From Lysobacterales bacterium (lineage in GTDB: Bacteria > Pseudomonadota > Gammaproteobacteria > Xanthomonadales > SZUA-5), in contig JALHMH010000049.1 of NCBI GenBank assembly GCA_022844165.1, positions 1-29,228 on the forward strand: DNA of 29,228 nucleotides. The letters are read 5' to 3'. Positions 18,593 through 28,212 of the stretch are shown in pieces (within the stretch, counting starts at the first letter, position 1; every line of letters starts with the position of its first letter). The notes beneath the pieces are model-generated. The model did no database searches, had not been told where the DNA came from, and was given only the letters and a program-made list of their open reading frames with translations. Position numbers and translations under genes: made by a program.

Positions 18593-18669
18593 AAACCGGG
18601 CAGCGTCGGGCGAAGGGCAAATCATGAAACCGGATTGCGGCCGACCATTCACAAGAGCCTTTTGAGCTT

Positions 18670-19050
18670 CCCAAAATCTTCATCTCTGCAGTCTCCGACG
18701 AGTTCGCGACGCTGCGATCAGCACGTGGATCCTGCGCAGGCTATGAGCCTGATTCGATGAAAGCGTTCCCGACGGGCGAGGGCGACTTGCCGCAGTTCTT
18801 GCGCGAGCGGATCGACGCTTGTCAGGGATTGATCCAACTTGTCGGCGCAGCCTATGGCCGCAAGCCGCCGACCGTCGATCCCGACGATCGCCGCGTTTCG
18901 TACACGCAGTTCGAGTTGCTTTATGCGCAGCTCAAGGGCAAGAACCGCTGCATTTTTCACCGAAGCGTTCGACGAATCTCGCAAATTCTCACATCGACGC
19001 CGGCCGTCCATTCTGCGCGCGCACAATCCTTAGACTCGCAACCTACGTGA
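18670..19050 (+). pseudogene. Decayed DUF4062-like (TIR-like fold) effector domain
   Basis: Reading in frame upstream of the 18757 ATG gives PKIFISAVSDEFATLR...GYEP, then IDACQGLIQLVGAAYG...VSYTQFELLYAQLKGK. No clear start codon and no downstream NTPase. Confidence 0.65.
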
Positions 19051-19208
19051 GGCAAATCGCAGCGCGCCAAGCTCACGTTGCTAAACCCGATCCGCCGATT
19101 GTGTTGTGGCCACGCATCCGAACTCGCCGAGGGTAATAGCCCGATAGAGCGCGCCCAAGATGATCCTGATGTCATTCGAGAAGAACAGCGACAACCAGGG
19201 AAAACGTA

Positions 19209-19637
19209 ATGACCATCCAACTCAGCGTTGGCGCCAGCCACCGGCTGGAACTTGACCCCGTACACCCGTTCATTTCCACAACCGTCGGCGCCGCCGCCGG
19301 CGAGACGTACCGCCTCGAAGCAGCTGGAAAATGGCAAGACTGCATCGGCGATGCCAACGGCTCGCGTCGCATACCCCTTGGCGGATTTCTTGTGGATGTC
19401 GGCTGGTGGCGCCGCTTCAATCGCGTCCCCGCGTCGACTGGTTCGTGCTTATTGCCTGGATCGGGCAAGCCCTCAACACCGCCAGAACCATCGGCACCCA
19501 CGGCGAGATCGTTGTTGGTCATTGGTCTTAAGGGTGAGTTGGTGCGGCACTACCCTAGAAGAAGGATAAATTGCCTCACCCAAGCTAACCGAGGCATTCC
19601 GAGAAAACTATTGTCTTGTTCGACACCGAACGCGTAA
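19209..19637 (+). pseudogene. Frameshifted small beta-sandwich (LecA/PA-IL-like) hypothetical gene
   Basis: GETYRLEAAGKWQD...DANG...NRVP continues plausibly in another frame as RVDWFVLIAWIGQ; the shift lies at the C4 run 19427-19430. Confidence 0.45.
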
Positions 19638-19702
19638 GCCCGCAGCACGCTCACCACTCGTCGCAATAGCGTTGAGCGACATCGACATTGGAGAACATCG
19701 CC

Positions 19703-21016
19703 ATGCCCCACCTTATCGTCGGCCATACCACAAGCAGTTCCGCCCGCATTTGGGCGCGCGCACTTCCGCGCTGGCCTGTTGCCCATCTGGAGGTTTTGGA
19801 CGCAAGCGGCAACGTCATTCACACGGCCACGCCGGCCGTCACCGTGGATGCTGAGTTCCACACCACCATTTTCGATGTCACTGGCCTGCAGCCAGATACG
19901 CCCTATCGCGCCAAACTGGCCTTTACCAAGACCACTGCCAAGGAAGAACCGCGAATCCGCCAAGCCTATTGCGAATCGCGCTTTCGGACTTTTCCAACGG
20001 ACCAAGGACAGACCCTGCGGTTCTTTCTGGGGTCTTGCAATCTGCATTCTCTCGGCATCATCGCGCGCCCCGACCATGCATGGAACACCATCGCCGATCA
20101 GATCCGCACGCAAAATCCACACTTCATGCTGCACTGCGGAGACCAGATCTACGCCGACATACCTTTCCAACCTCTTGTAAGCCTGGATCACTATCGCCGC
20201 AAGTACCTCGACGCCTGGCAAGATTGCGTGCCGGCGCAAAGCGTGCTGACGATGTGTCCGCATTACATGATTCTGGATGACCATGAGATCGACAATGATT
20301 TCGACAACGGTCGAGCGGATCACCGGGATGCGCAACTGCTGCGCTCCGCAGCGCTGAAGGTCTACTGGGAGTTCCAGCATTCGCACAACCCCGACACCGC
20401 AGCCGGCAATTACTACTACCAGTTCAATTGCGGAGCGGCGAAGTTCTTTGTGCTGGATGTCCGCACTCAACGCGACTCGACGCGCAAAAGGATCGTCGAA
20501 ACCCAACAGCTGAACGAACTCAAGGGCTGGCTGCTCGCCAACAAGGACGACCTCAAGTTCATCGTGACCAGCGTGCCCTTCATTGCACGCCCTCGCGGTG
20601 GCGGTTCGGACAAATGGCATGGCTTCCGTGAGCAACGCGAGTCGCTGCTTGACTACCTTCTGGAAAAAGACATCCAGCGCACCGTGTTCCTGACCGGCGA
20701 CATGCACAGTTCGATGGTCAGCGAACTCACCTTGAAGGCCGGCAAAAAGTCAGTCACGCTCTATGAGTTGATGTCGAGCCCGATCAACCAGTTGACGCCC
20801 GATACACCGCTGGAGTCGCGCTACGACGTCAGCTACAAGGGCAATACCAAAGCTGGCAACAGCTTAACGTCACGGATACGTGCCGAGTCCTTCTATCCGC
20901 ACTCCAACATCATGGCGATCCAAGTGCAGTTCAACAACGGAGTCCCCACGATTTCCTACTCGATCCATCGCACCACCAGGAGCGAGTCAGGACCTGCCGG
21001 AGTCATTACCTTTTAG
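19703..21016 (+). CDS. PhoD-like (alkaline phosphatase D family) metallophosphoesterase without a signal peptide
   Basis: GGAGA RBS and ATG at 19703. GSCN, GDQIYAD, LDDHEIDND, VLDVRTQR and LTGDMH motifs. N-terminal FN3-like domain. Confidence 0.88.
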   Translation: MPHLIVGHTTSSSARIWARALPRWPVAHLEVLDASGNVIHTATPAVTVDAEFHTTIFDVTGLQPDTPYRAKLAFTKTTAKEEPRIRQAYCESRFRTFPTDQGQTLRFFLGSCNLHSLGIIARPDHAWNTIADQIRTQNPHFMLHCGDQIYADIPFQPLVSLDHYRRKYLDAWQDCVPAQSVLTMCPHYMILDDHEIDNDFDNGRADHRDAQLLRSAALKVYWEFQHSHNPDTAAGNYYYQFNCGAAKFFVLDVRTQRDSTRKRIVETQQLNELKGWLLANKDDLKFIVTSVPFIARPRGGGSDKWHGFREQRESLLDYLLEKDIQRTVFLTGDMHSSMVSELTLKAGKKSVTLYELMSSPINQLTPDTPLESRYDVSYKGNTKAGNSLTSRIRAESFYPHSNIMAIQVQFNNGVPTISYSIHRTTRSESGPAGVITF

Positions 21017-21119
21017 CAAGGAGCCCCCGGCATCAAGCAAACCCCCGCTGCGCATTTTGCGGGGCCATGCCGGATCGGTTTCCAGCCGCAACAAAGTCGA
21101 CTTTGGAGAAGGTCAGTTC

Positions 21120-23900
21120 ATGCCGACCGAGCCAGTTCCGCGCAGTCCCTTCGACGTCTTTTTGAGCTATGCGCGGGCGGACAACCACCCGGCCGATCCG
21201 CAGCAGGGTTGGGTGACGGCGCTGCACGCCTTCATCCAGAGCGCGGCGCGCTTACCCGGTGGCGTGGCGCCGCGAGTGTTCTTCGACACGCAGGACATAC
21301 GCGACTACGACGACTGGCGGCATCGGATTCTGGCGGCCTTGCGCCACAGCAAGGTGCTGTTGGTGTGTTTGTCGCCGGCCTACTTCAACAGCAAGAACTG
21401 TTTTTGGGAGTGGGAGCACTTCCTGCGTCGCCAGGGCCCGCACGTGGACGGCGACGCAGGCGGCATCCAGAGCGTCCGCTTTGTGGAGCTGCCGGGCAGC
21501 CTGCCGGCGCCGAACCAGGAATGGCTGGACTCCGTGCGGCGCGGCAACACCATCGATTTGCAGCCCTGGTTCGCCCAGGGTCCGCGGGCGTTGCAGCATG
21601 AACCTGCCGCGTTGGCCAGCGCGCAGCGCGCGGTGGCGGCCTTGCTCGCGCGCATCCGCGATGCCCGCCGCGAACTGGCGCGCCAATACGGCAATCTGCG
21701 CGCGGCCAATGAACACTTCGTCGGCCGTCGCAAGCAACTTCGCGATCTGCACGAACGCGTCGGCGTGGGTCGTTTGGGCGTGATCACCGCCGTGCATGGC
21801 CTCGGCGGCATCGGCAAGACCGAACTCGCCGTGCAGTACGCCAACGAGTACGCGCGCAGCTTTCCCGGTGGCATCTGGTGGATCAACGCCGCCGGGCACC
21901 GCGATCTGCGGTTGTGCCTGGCCAGCCTGATCGATGAGCCGCGCTTCCCGCAGCCCGCTGTGCGGAGCACCGACAACGAGCAGCGCTACGCCCATGTCAT
22001 CGCCGCGCTGCAGGCGACTGCAGAGCATCGCCGCCAGCAAGACCCCGATGGCAACAGCCAGGTGCTGATCCTACTCGACAATGTCGACCACCCCGAACTC
22101 TTGGGCGCCAATCAGCGCAGCCTGGTCGGCAACCTGTCGTGGCTGAGCCTGATCGCCACCACGCGCGAAAGCGCCGCCGCCTGGGCAAAGGCCGATCGGC
22201 TGCAGGTGATGGAACTGGACGCCCTGGACCCGGACGACGCTCTGGCCTTGATCCGCGAATGGCAGCCCGGCAGCGCCTTCGCCCTCGCAGCCGACGAAGC
22301 CGCCGCGAAGGAGCTGTGCGAACTGCTGGGTTGCTTCACCCTGGCGGTGGAACAAGCCGCGATCTACCTGGGCACGCAAGTCGGCGCCAGTCTGCTGAGC
22401 TTTCTGGCCGCGCTCAAAGCCGGCGGGCTTCAACAGCTGGATGCGCTGGCGCGCGATCCGGAACTGCAAGCCACCATGCAGCACCGCGAGAAGCAGCTTG
22501 ATCTCGTGTTGAAGCAAACTTTGCCCGCTGCCGGCAGCCTGGAGCGCGTGCTGCTGGGCTACGCCGCCTGCTGGGGTCCGGATGCCATCCCCAAGCCGTG
22601 GATTGAGGCGTTGGTGCGTGATCACCACGCAAACTTGTTGGCCAGCAGCGGCCTGGGCGTGGATCCACTCGCCACCGCCTGGGCCTGGCTAGGCCGTCGT
22701 CGCTTGCTTACCTCCACCCAATGGCCGGAACTGCTACGGCTGCACCGACTGGTGCTGGCGCACATAGGACACCAGTGCAATCGGCCAATGACGCATGTAG
22801 CGGCACTGGCAATCAACAAAGCTGAGACTTTTGAGACCATCGAGGATTTTGTTCCACCCAACTGGATTCCAGTGTGCCTCGAAGCATTCATGCATAGCGA
22901 ACAACACGGCGTGTCGTGCCGAATGCACATCGGCCATATTCTCACGCGCTATAAGTTGGCCCATCGCTCGACGCACGAAGCAAAATCGTTGCTGGCGGAA
23001 TGCTTGGCACTTGCTAACGGCGTCCTCAACCCTGCTTCTTCAGAACAAAGTCGGCATCAGGCAATCCTGATGCGAATGGAGCTTGCGGACATAGATTGGC
23101 AGCAAGGTCGACTAGATGCTGCACTGAGCATGTTTCGGAGCAACCTCGGAGCCTTTGAATCGTTGACCTCACGACGCTGGCACGACGAAGCCGTATGCCA
23201 CGCAAAAATCGCCATGTGCTATGCCAACTTGGGCAATAGCCACCAAGCTTACGAGCACTACGCCCGCTCCCTCGATATCTGTCAGTGGCGTTTGGATACA
23301 GAAGTAGAAGATCTCGCAGCGATTCGCCAGCGATGCCACTGCCGAAACAAGATGGCGGAGCTGGTTCGGCAGACGCGACCCAACCTCGCAATCGATCTAT
23401 TGAAAGAGAATGAGGCTGATCTGCAACCACATAGGGAATTAAGGCGGCTGCGGGAAATGAACCTGTCTGACCTTGCGATGCATCTGGATCCAGATCAAGC
23501 AGCGCCCATTCTTCGAGAATCCTGTCGTGTGCATCAGGAATTGCTGCAAGCGGATCCTGAAAGCACGGAATTGCAGAGGGATTGCGCCATAGTCAGCTAT
23601 CGAATAGCCATGCTAGAGGCCCACTTTGGCGACCTAAACAAGGCAAGTCTGCTGATAGCCGCAGGGCTGGAGTCACTTGAGCGGCTTCTGGGGCGCGATC
23701 CCTCGAATATCGTCCTACGAGCTGACGCTATCGATTCTTGCCTGTTTTTGGCTCGGCTCAATCCTACAGTGGCCAGCAGGCACCGCGACGCCGCGAAGCA
23801 GCACTATCTTTTCGTCAAACACCGTGGCGCGGCTTTTCCGGAAGATCGGGCCGTAGTGTGGAGGGATCAGATTCGTTTTGAGGATGATGGAACGGTATGA
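21120..23900 (+). CDS. TIR - NB-ARC-type STAND NTPase - TPR protein (NLR-like)
   Basis: GGAGAAG RBS and ATG at 21120. TIR motifs FDVFLSYARAD, VFFD, LSPAYFNSKNCFWE. FVGR, Walker A GLGGIGKT, Walker B LILLDNVD, ATTR, LAVEQAA, LHRLV. Helical TPR-like C-terminus. Confidence 0.9.
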   Translation: MPTEPVPRSPFDVFLSYARADNHPADPQQGWVTALHAFIQSAARLPGGVAPRVFFDTQDIRDYDDWRHRILAALRHSKVLLVCLSPAYFNSKNCFWEWEHFLRRQGPHVDGDAGGIQSVRFVELPGSLPAPNQEWLDSVRRGNTIDLQPWFAQGPRALQHEPAALASAQRAVAALLARIRDARRELARQYGNLRAANEHFVGRRKQLRDLHERVGVGRLGVITAVHGLGGIGKTELAVQYANEYARSFPGGIWWINAAGHRDLRLCLASLIDEPRFPQPAVRSTDNEQRYAHVIAALQATAEHRRQQDPDGNSQVLILLDNVDHPELLGANQRSLVGNLSWLSLIATTRESAAAWAKADRLQVMELDALDPDDALALIREWQPGSAFALAADEAAAKELCELLGCFTLAVEQAAIYLGTQVGASLLSFLAALKAGGLQQLDALARDPELQATMQHREKQLDLVLKQTLPAAGSLERVLLGYAACWGPDAIPKPWIEALVRDHHANLLASSGLGVDPLATAWAWLGRRRLLTSTQWPELLRLHRLVLAHIGHQCNRPMTHVAALAINKAETFETIEDFVPPNWIPVCLEAFMHSEQHGVSCRMHIGHILTRYKLAHRSTHEAKSLLAECLALANGVLNPASSEQSRHQAILMRMELADIDWQQGRLDAALSMFRSNLGAFESLTSRRWHDEAVCHAKIAMCYANLGNSHQAYEHYARSLDICQWRLDTEVEDLAAIRQRCHCRNKMAELVRQTRPNLAIDLLKENEADLQPHRELRRLREMNLSDLAMHLDPDQAAPILRESCRVHQELLQADPESTELQRDCAIVSYRIAMLEAHFGDLNKASLLIAAGLESLERLLGRDPSNIVLRADAIDSCLFLARLNPTVASRHRDAAKQHYLFVKHRGAAFPEDRAVVWRDQIRFEDDGTV

Positions 23901-26900
23901 CTCAACTCTTCATCAGCCACAGCAGCAAAAACAACGCCGAAGCCCTGGCGCTCAGCCAATGGCTGACTCAAGAAGGCTGGGACGACCAGTTCCTGGACAT
24001 CGATCCGCAGCGCGGAATCACCGCAGGCGAGCGCTGGGAGCGAGCGCTGCATCAGGCGGCGGGGCGTTGTGATGCCGTGTTGTTTCTGGTCAGCCCCAAT
24101 TGGCTGCGCTCCGATTGGTGTCGACGCGAGTTCACCATTGCGCAGCAGTTGGGCAAGCGCTTGTTCGTGCTCTTGCTGGATGGCGCCGAGCGTGCGGATG
24201 TGGAAGCCAGCATGAAGGAGATCTCGCAGTTGGTGGATCTTTCCAGCGGGGATGACCACAGCGCTCGCGAGGTCACGCTGCCGGATGAGACCAAAACGCG
24301 CCACGTCTACTTCTCACGCTCCGCATTGATGCGCTTGCGCGAGGGGTTGAAGAAAGCGGGCCTGGATCCGCAGAGCTTTCCCTGGCCGCCCAGCGACGAG
24401 CCAAACCGCGCGCCGTACCGAGGCTTGGCGCCGCTGGAAGCGCAGGACGCTGGCATCTTCTTCGGCCGCGAAGCGCCGATCACCGAACTGCTGGCCCAAC
24501 TGCGCGGCCTGCGCGAGGCCGCGCGGCCGCGCTTTCTGGCCATCCTCGGCGCATCCGGCGCGGGCAAGTCATCCTTCCTGCGCGCCGGCATCCTACCCCG
24601 GCTGGCGCGCGACGATCGACACTTTCTGCCGCTGCCGGTGATCCGCCCCGAGCGCGCGGTGCTGAGCGGCAGGTATGGGCTGGTCGAATGCCTGTGGACC
24701 GTGCGGCGCGAACGCAAACTCAACTGGTCGAAACCGCAGATCGAAGCGGCCGTCGGCGCCGGCGCGCCGGCGTTGCAAACCCTGCTGCAGGAACTGGCCC
24801 AGCACTGCCAAGTGCCGGAGTGGGACGCCAGCCAGCCGCAGCAGCCGACCCTGGTGCTGGCCATCGATCAAGCCGAAGAGCTGTTCCAAGCCGAAGGCGC
24901 CGAGCAGGCCGGCCGCTTCCTCAGCCTGCTGGCCGAGCTGCTGCATTCCGACACGCCGAAGCTGATCGTGCTTTGCACCATTCGCTCCGACAGCTACGAG
25001 CCCCTGCAAAGCGCCCCCGCGCTGGCCGACATCGTGCAGCACCTCTTCCCGTTGCCGCCGATGCCGCACGGCGCGTTCCGGCAAGTGATCGAAGCCCCCG
25101 TCGCACTTCTCAAACACAGCACTCGCCCCTTGCGCATCGAACCGCAGCTCACCGAAGCCCTGCTGCGCGACATTGCCGAAGGCGGCGCTAAAGACGCGCT
25201 GCCGCTGCTCGCCTTCACCCTGGAGCGGCTGTACGTGGACTACAGCGCCGATGGTCTGTTGTCGCTGAAGGACTACCAGGACCTGGGCCGCATCGCCGGC
25301 GCCATCGAAAAGGCCGTCGCAGAAGCACTGGAGCAAGCCCAACGCAACCCAAAGCTTCAGAAAGATCCCGATGCGTGCCTGAAACTGCTCCGCCGCGGCC
25401 TGATCCCGTGGATGGCCGGTATCGACCGCCACAGCAAACTGCCCTACCGCAAAGTCGCCCTGCTCAGCCAGGTGCCGGAAGAAGCTCGGGCGCTGATCGA
25501 ACACTTTGTCGAGTTTCGCTTGCTTACCAAGGACACGAATCCGCAGGGCGAAATCACCATCGAACCCGCCCACGAAGCGCTGCTGCGGCAATGGACGAGG
25601 CTGCGTGGGTGGTTGGAAGAAGACGCTGCCGCGCTCGCAACTCTGGAATCAGTGAAAACAGCCAGCAGTGACTGGGATAGGAACGGACGAGACTCGACAT
25701 GGCTGATTCACGCGGATGGGCGTTTGATAGATGCAGTCAATTTGTTCAGTCGCCAGGATTTCGCAGCGGATCTCGGGCAAAGCGGAAAGGAATATTTGGA
25801 CGAATGCCGCACTCGAGAAGATGAACGTCGTGGCGCAGAGCTGCGCAATACCCAGGAGAAACTTGACTCGCAAAAGCGTAAGACACAGATCTCGTTAGCT
25901 TTCTCACTTGTCGTCATGCTGCTGGGTGTTACGGCATGGAAATCTCGGTCCCAGGCGGTTGAGCAAGCGGCCCGAGTTGAACGGGCGTTGGATGATGCTG
26001 CTGCGCGCGCGTTAGGGCGAGCCACGGAAAGACAGAAGGCCGGGGAGCCGGCAAACCGCGCCGCGTATCTGTCCGAATCGCTCGAGTTTTCAGGCGCCCT
26101 CGCTCAGAAAGAAGCGTCCCGCGCGCTTGAGGAACTAGGCAGTCCAGTGCTGCGAGCTGTGTTGGAACACGATATCGACGTCGCCACTGCCAAGTTCACC
26201 CCAGATGGCAGAGGTGTAACAACTCTGGCGGGCGACAACCACGTGCGTGTTTGGGATCTGCGAAGTGGCGCCAGTGTTTCTACACGTCTGGTCCATGAGG
26301 GAGAGGTCGACGCCGTCGCATTCAGCAACGAAGGCGCGCGCGTTGTTGCATTTGGCGCGGACAAAACGACTCGTATTTGGGACACCTCAACTCAGATCTC
26401 CCTTACTAGACCGCTTAATCTCTCGGACCAAGTGACTCTTCTTGCACCCAATCCAGACGGTTCGCGGTTGGCCACGGCCACGCCGGATGCGAAGGTCCGC
26501 ATATGGGACACGAGCACGGGCGCGGAGATCGTTGCTCCGATTCGGCACGAGGGGCCGGTAAGACAGATCGCCTTCAGTCCAGACGGAGGGCTTCTGGTAA
26601 CCGTGGCGCCCGGCAGTGTTGCACAGGTCTGGGATGCGCGGACAGGCGAACCAATGGGAACGCCACTGCAGCATGCAGATCAGATCAACTCTGCGTCCTT
26701 TAGCCCCGATAGCACGATGATCGCTACCGCTAGCTCTGACAGGACCGCACGAATCTGGGATTCGCGCAGCGGTATTGCGCTTGGAGAACCAGTGCAACAC
26801 GAAAACTGGGTAATGTCCGCCAACTTCAGCGCTGATGGGAGCATGTTAGTCACCGCCAGTTTCGACAAAACGGCGCAGATTTGGGAAGTAGATAGTCGCG

Positions 26901-27877
26901 CAAGAATTTGCGCATCGTTAGAGCACGATGGCGAGCTAACGTCAGCCGACTTCCGTCGTGACGGCTTGCGTGTCGCGACAGCAACCAGAAGCAACACTGC
27001 ATGGATCTGGGACGTGCGCCGATGCATTGTTATGCAGGGGCCACTCCAACATGAGCACTGGGTATTCGCAGCCAATTTCAGCCACGATGGAACGCGAGTA
27101 GTAACCGCCAGTTTCGACAAGACCGCGCGTATCTGGGAGGCCCGAATCGGTGCCGCCGTTGGAGCGTCGCCTAGGCACGCTAGCGAGACAAGCTCCGTCG
27201 ATGACACGTTGCTTCCGATGGAAGGCTCGAATCGCGGCCTTGCGTACGAAGCGCCACCTGCGGAGTTAGTGGCGCCCAGAGATTTAATCGTACTTACTGG
27301 CCGCAGAGTTGCCAAAGACGGTCGGCTACGCTGGCTCTCGGGCAAGGAATGGATGGACCTTGTCAACAGCGTGAGGACCGCCGCTGAGGCAGGTGAAACC
27401 AGGAAAGACCTTGTCTTGCGATGGCATTTCGCCGATCGCGCCACCCGTACGATTTCGCCCTTCTCGCAAATCACCGTCCCCCAACACATCGAACGCGAAA
27501 TCGACTGGGTACTGGAACACCCGCAAACCGAAGATCCCAACGGCCCGAACTACAGCCCGAAGATCCTCATTGAGGCCTACAACCTCGACCCCGGCCACCC
27601 GCTGATTCTGCTCGCGATGTCGGTCTTCGAAGATCGCCCGGAAACCAAGGCCCTGTGGAAGCGCCTGAGTTTCCCGCGCTTCGCAAAAAACGCCCGCCTC
27701 GCGGCTCGCGCGGCGGAGATTTTGCTGATCGACAAAGACCCCGAAAACGCGCGCAAGGCGGCGGAGATGGCGTTGAGCCTGCCGAACGCGACCGAGGCCG
27801 ATAAAGCCAAGGCGCAGGCGGTGTTGGCAAAGATCAACGCGTCGGGATCAAGCGCACCTGTTTCCCGACATCCGTGA
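23897..27877 (+). CDS. TIR - nSTAND1-type NTPase - TM - WD40 protein with C-terminal helical domain
   Basis: ATGA overlap with the upstream gene. TIR motifs LFISHSS, FLD, SDWCRRE. PYRGL..FFGRE, Walker A GASGAGKSS, IDQAEELF, TIRSD, ALPLLAFTL, HEALLRQW. Hydrophobic ISLAFSLVVMLLGVTAW. Eight WD40 repeats. Confidence 0.92.
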   Translation: MTQLFISHSSKNNAEALALSQWLTQEGWDDQFLDIDPQRGITAGERWERALHQAAGRCDAVLFLVSPNWLRSDWCRREFTIAQQLGKRLFVLLLDGAERADVEASMKEISQLVDLSSGDDHSAREVTLPDETKTRHVYFSRSALMRLREGLKKAGLDPQSFPWPPSDEPNRAPYRGLAPLEAQDAGIFFGREAPITELLAQLRGLREAARPRFLAILGASGAGKSSFLRAGILPRLARDDRHFLPLPVIRPERAVLSGRYGLVECLWTVRRERKLNWSKPQIEAAVGAGAPALQTLLQELAQHCQVPEWDASQPQQPTLVLAIDQAEELFQAEGAEQAGRFLSLLAELLHSDTPKLIVLCTIRSDSYEPLQSAPALADIVQHLFPLPPMPHGAFRQVIEAPVALLKHSTRPLRIEPQLTEALLRDIAEGGAKDALPLLAFTLERLYVDYSADGLLSLKDYQDLGRIAGAIEKAVAEALEQAQRNPKLQKDPDACLKLLRRGLIPWMAGIDRHSKLPYRKVALLSQVPEEARALIEHFVEFRLLTKDTNPQGEITIEPAHEALLRQWTRLRGWLEEDAAALATLESVKTASSDWDRNGRDSTWLIHADGRLIDAVNLFSRQDFAADLGQSGKEYLDECRTREDERRGAELRNTQEKLDSQKRKTQISLAFSLVVMLLGVTAWKSRSQAVEQAARVERALDDAAARALGRATERQKAGEPANRAAYLSESLEFSGALAQKEASRALEELGSPVLRAVLEHDIDVATAKFTPDGRGVTTLAGDNHVRVWDLRSGASVSTRLVHEGEVDAVAFSNEGARVVAFGADKTTRIWDTSTQISLTRPLNLSDQVTLLAPNPDGSRLATATPDAKVRIWDTSTGAEIVAPIRHEGPVRQIAFSPDGGLLVTVAPGSVAQVWDARTGEPMGTPLQHADQINSASFSPDSTMIATASSDRTARIWDSRSGIALGEPVQHENWVMSANFSADGSMLVTASFDKTAQIWEVDSRARICASLEHDGELTSADFRRDGLRVATATRSNTAWIWDVRRCIVMQGPLQHEHWVFAANFSHDGTRVVTASFDKTARIWEARIGAAVGASPRHASETSSVDDTLLPMEGSNRGLAYEAPPAELVAPRDLIVLTGRRVAKDGRLRWLSGKEWMDLVNSVRTAAEAGETRKDLVLRWHFADRATRTISPFSQITVPQHIEREIDWVLEHPQTEDPNGPNYSPKILIEAYNLDPGHPLILLAMSVFEDRPETKALWKRLSFPRFAKNARLAARAAEILLIDKDPENARKAAEMALSLPNATEADKAKAQAVLAKINASGSSAPVSRHP

Positions 27878-27906
27878 GCCGGCGCAGTTTACTTCCGGCT
27901 GATGTC

Positions 27907-27934
27907 TTGACTTGCACCATCCGCTACATACACT
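27907..27934 (+). promoter_or_regulatory. Putative sigma70 promoter giving a leaderless brnT transcript
   Basis: TTGACT-N16-TACACT, 6 nt before the ATG at 27941; no Shine-Dalgarno. Confidence 0.5.
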
Positions 27935-27940
27935 GTACGT

Positions 27941-28210
27941 ATGATCACGTTCGAATGGGACGCCGCCAAAGCGCTTGCAAACATCAAGAAGCGCGGCGTT
28001 TCCTTTGAGGAGGCGCAGTCGGTCTTCTATGACGATTTTGCGGTCCAGTTTTTTGATGACGAACACTCTCAGGATGAAGCGCGTTTTCTGTTGCTGGGCA
28101 TGAGTGCCGGTCTGCGCTTGCTGCTCATCGCGCACTGCGAGGGCGAGGTGATCAGAATCATCTCCGCTCGCAAAGCAACCCGGCGAGAAGCCGCCTTTTA
28201 CGGAGCCTGA
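27941..28210 (+). CDS. brnT: BrnT family ribonuclease toxin
   Basis: FEWDAAKALANIKKRGVSFEEA...HSQDEARF...IRIISARKAT. Confidence 0.93.
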   Translation: MITFEWDAAKALANIKKRGVSFEEAQSVFYDDFAVQFFDDEHSQDEARFLLLGMSAGLRLLLIAHCEGEVIRIISARKATRREAAFYGA

Positions 28211-28212
28211 CC

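Noticed and set aside
18477-18683. N-terminal extension of the prolyl oligopeptidase in the ORF track
   Set aside because: The RBS and signal peptide fit 18476. The extension crosses a palindrome and the antisense DUF4062 remnant.
19550-20707. 385-aa antisense ORF (and similar long antisense ORFs at 21252-22040, 24593-25591)
   Set aside because: They lie opposite well-supported genes in GC-rich DNA and have no recognisable motifs.
20880-21119. 80-aa extension of the TIR-NB-ARC ORF overlapping PhoD
   Set aside because: A good RBS precedes the ATG at 21120 and the TIR begins right after it.
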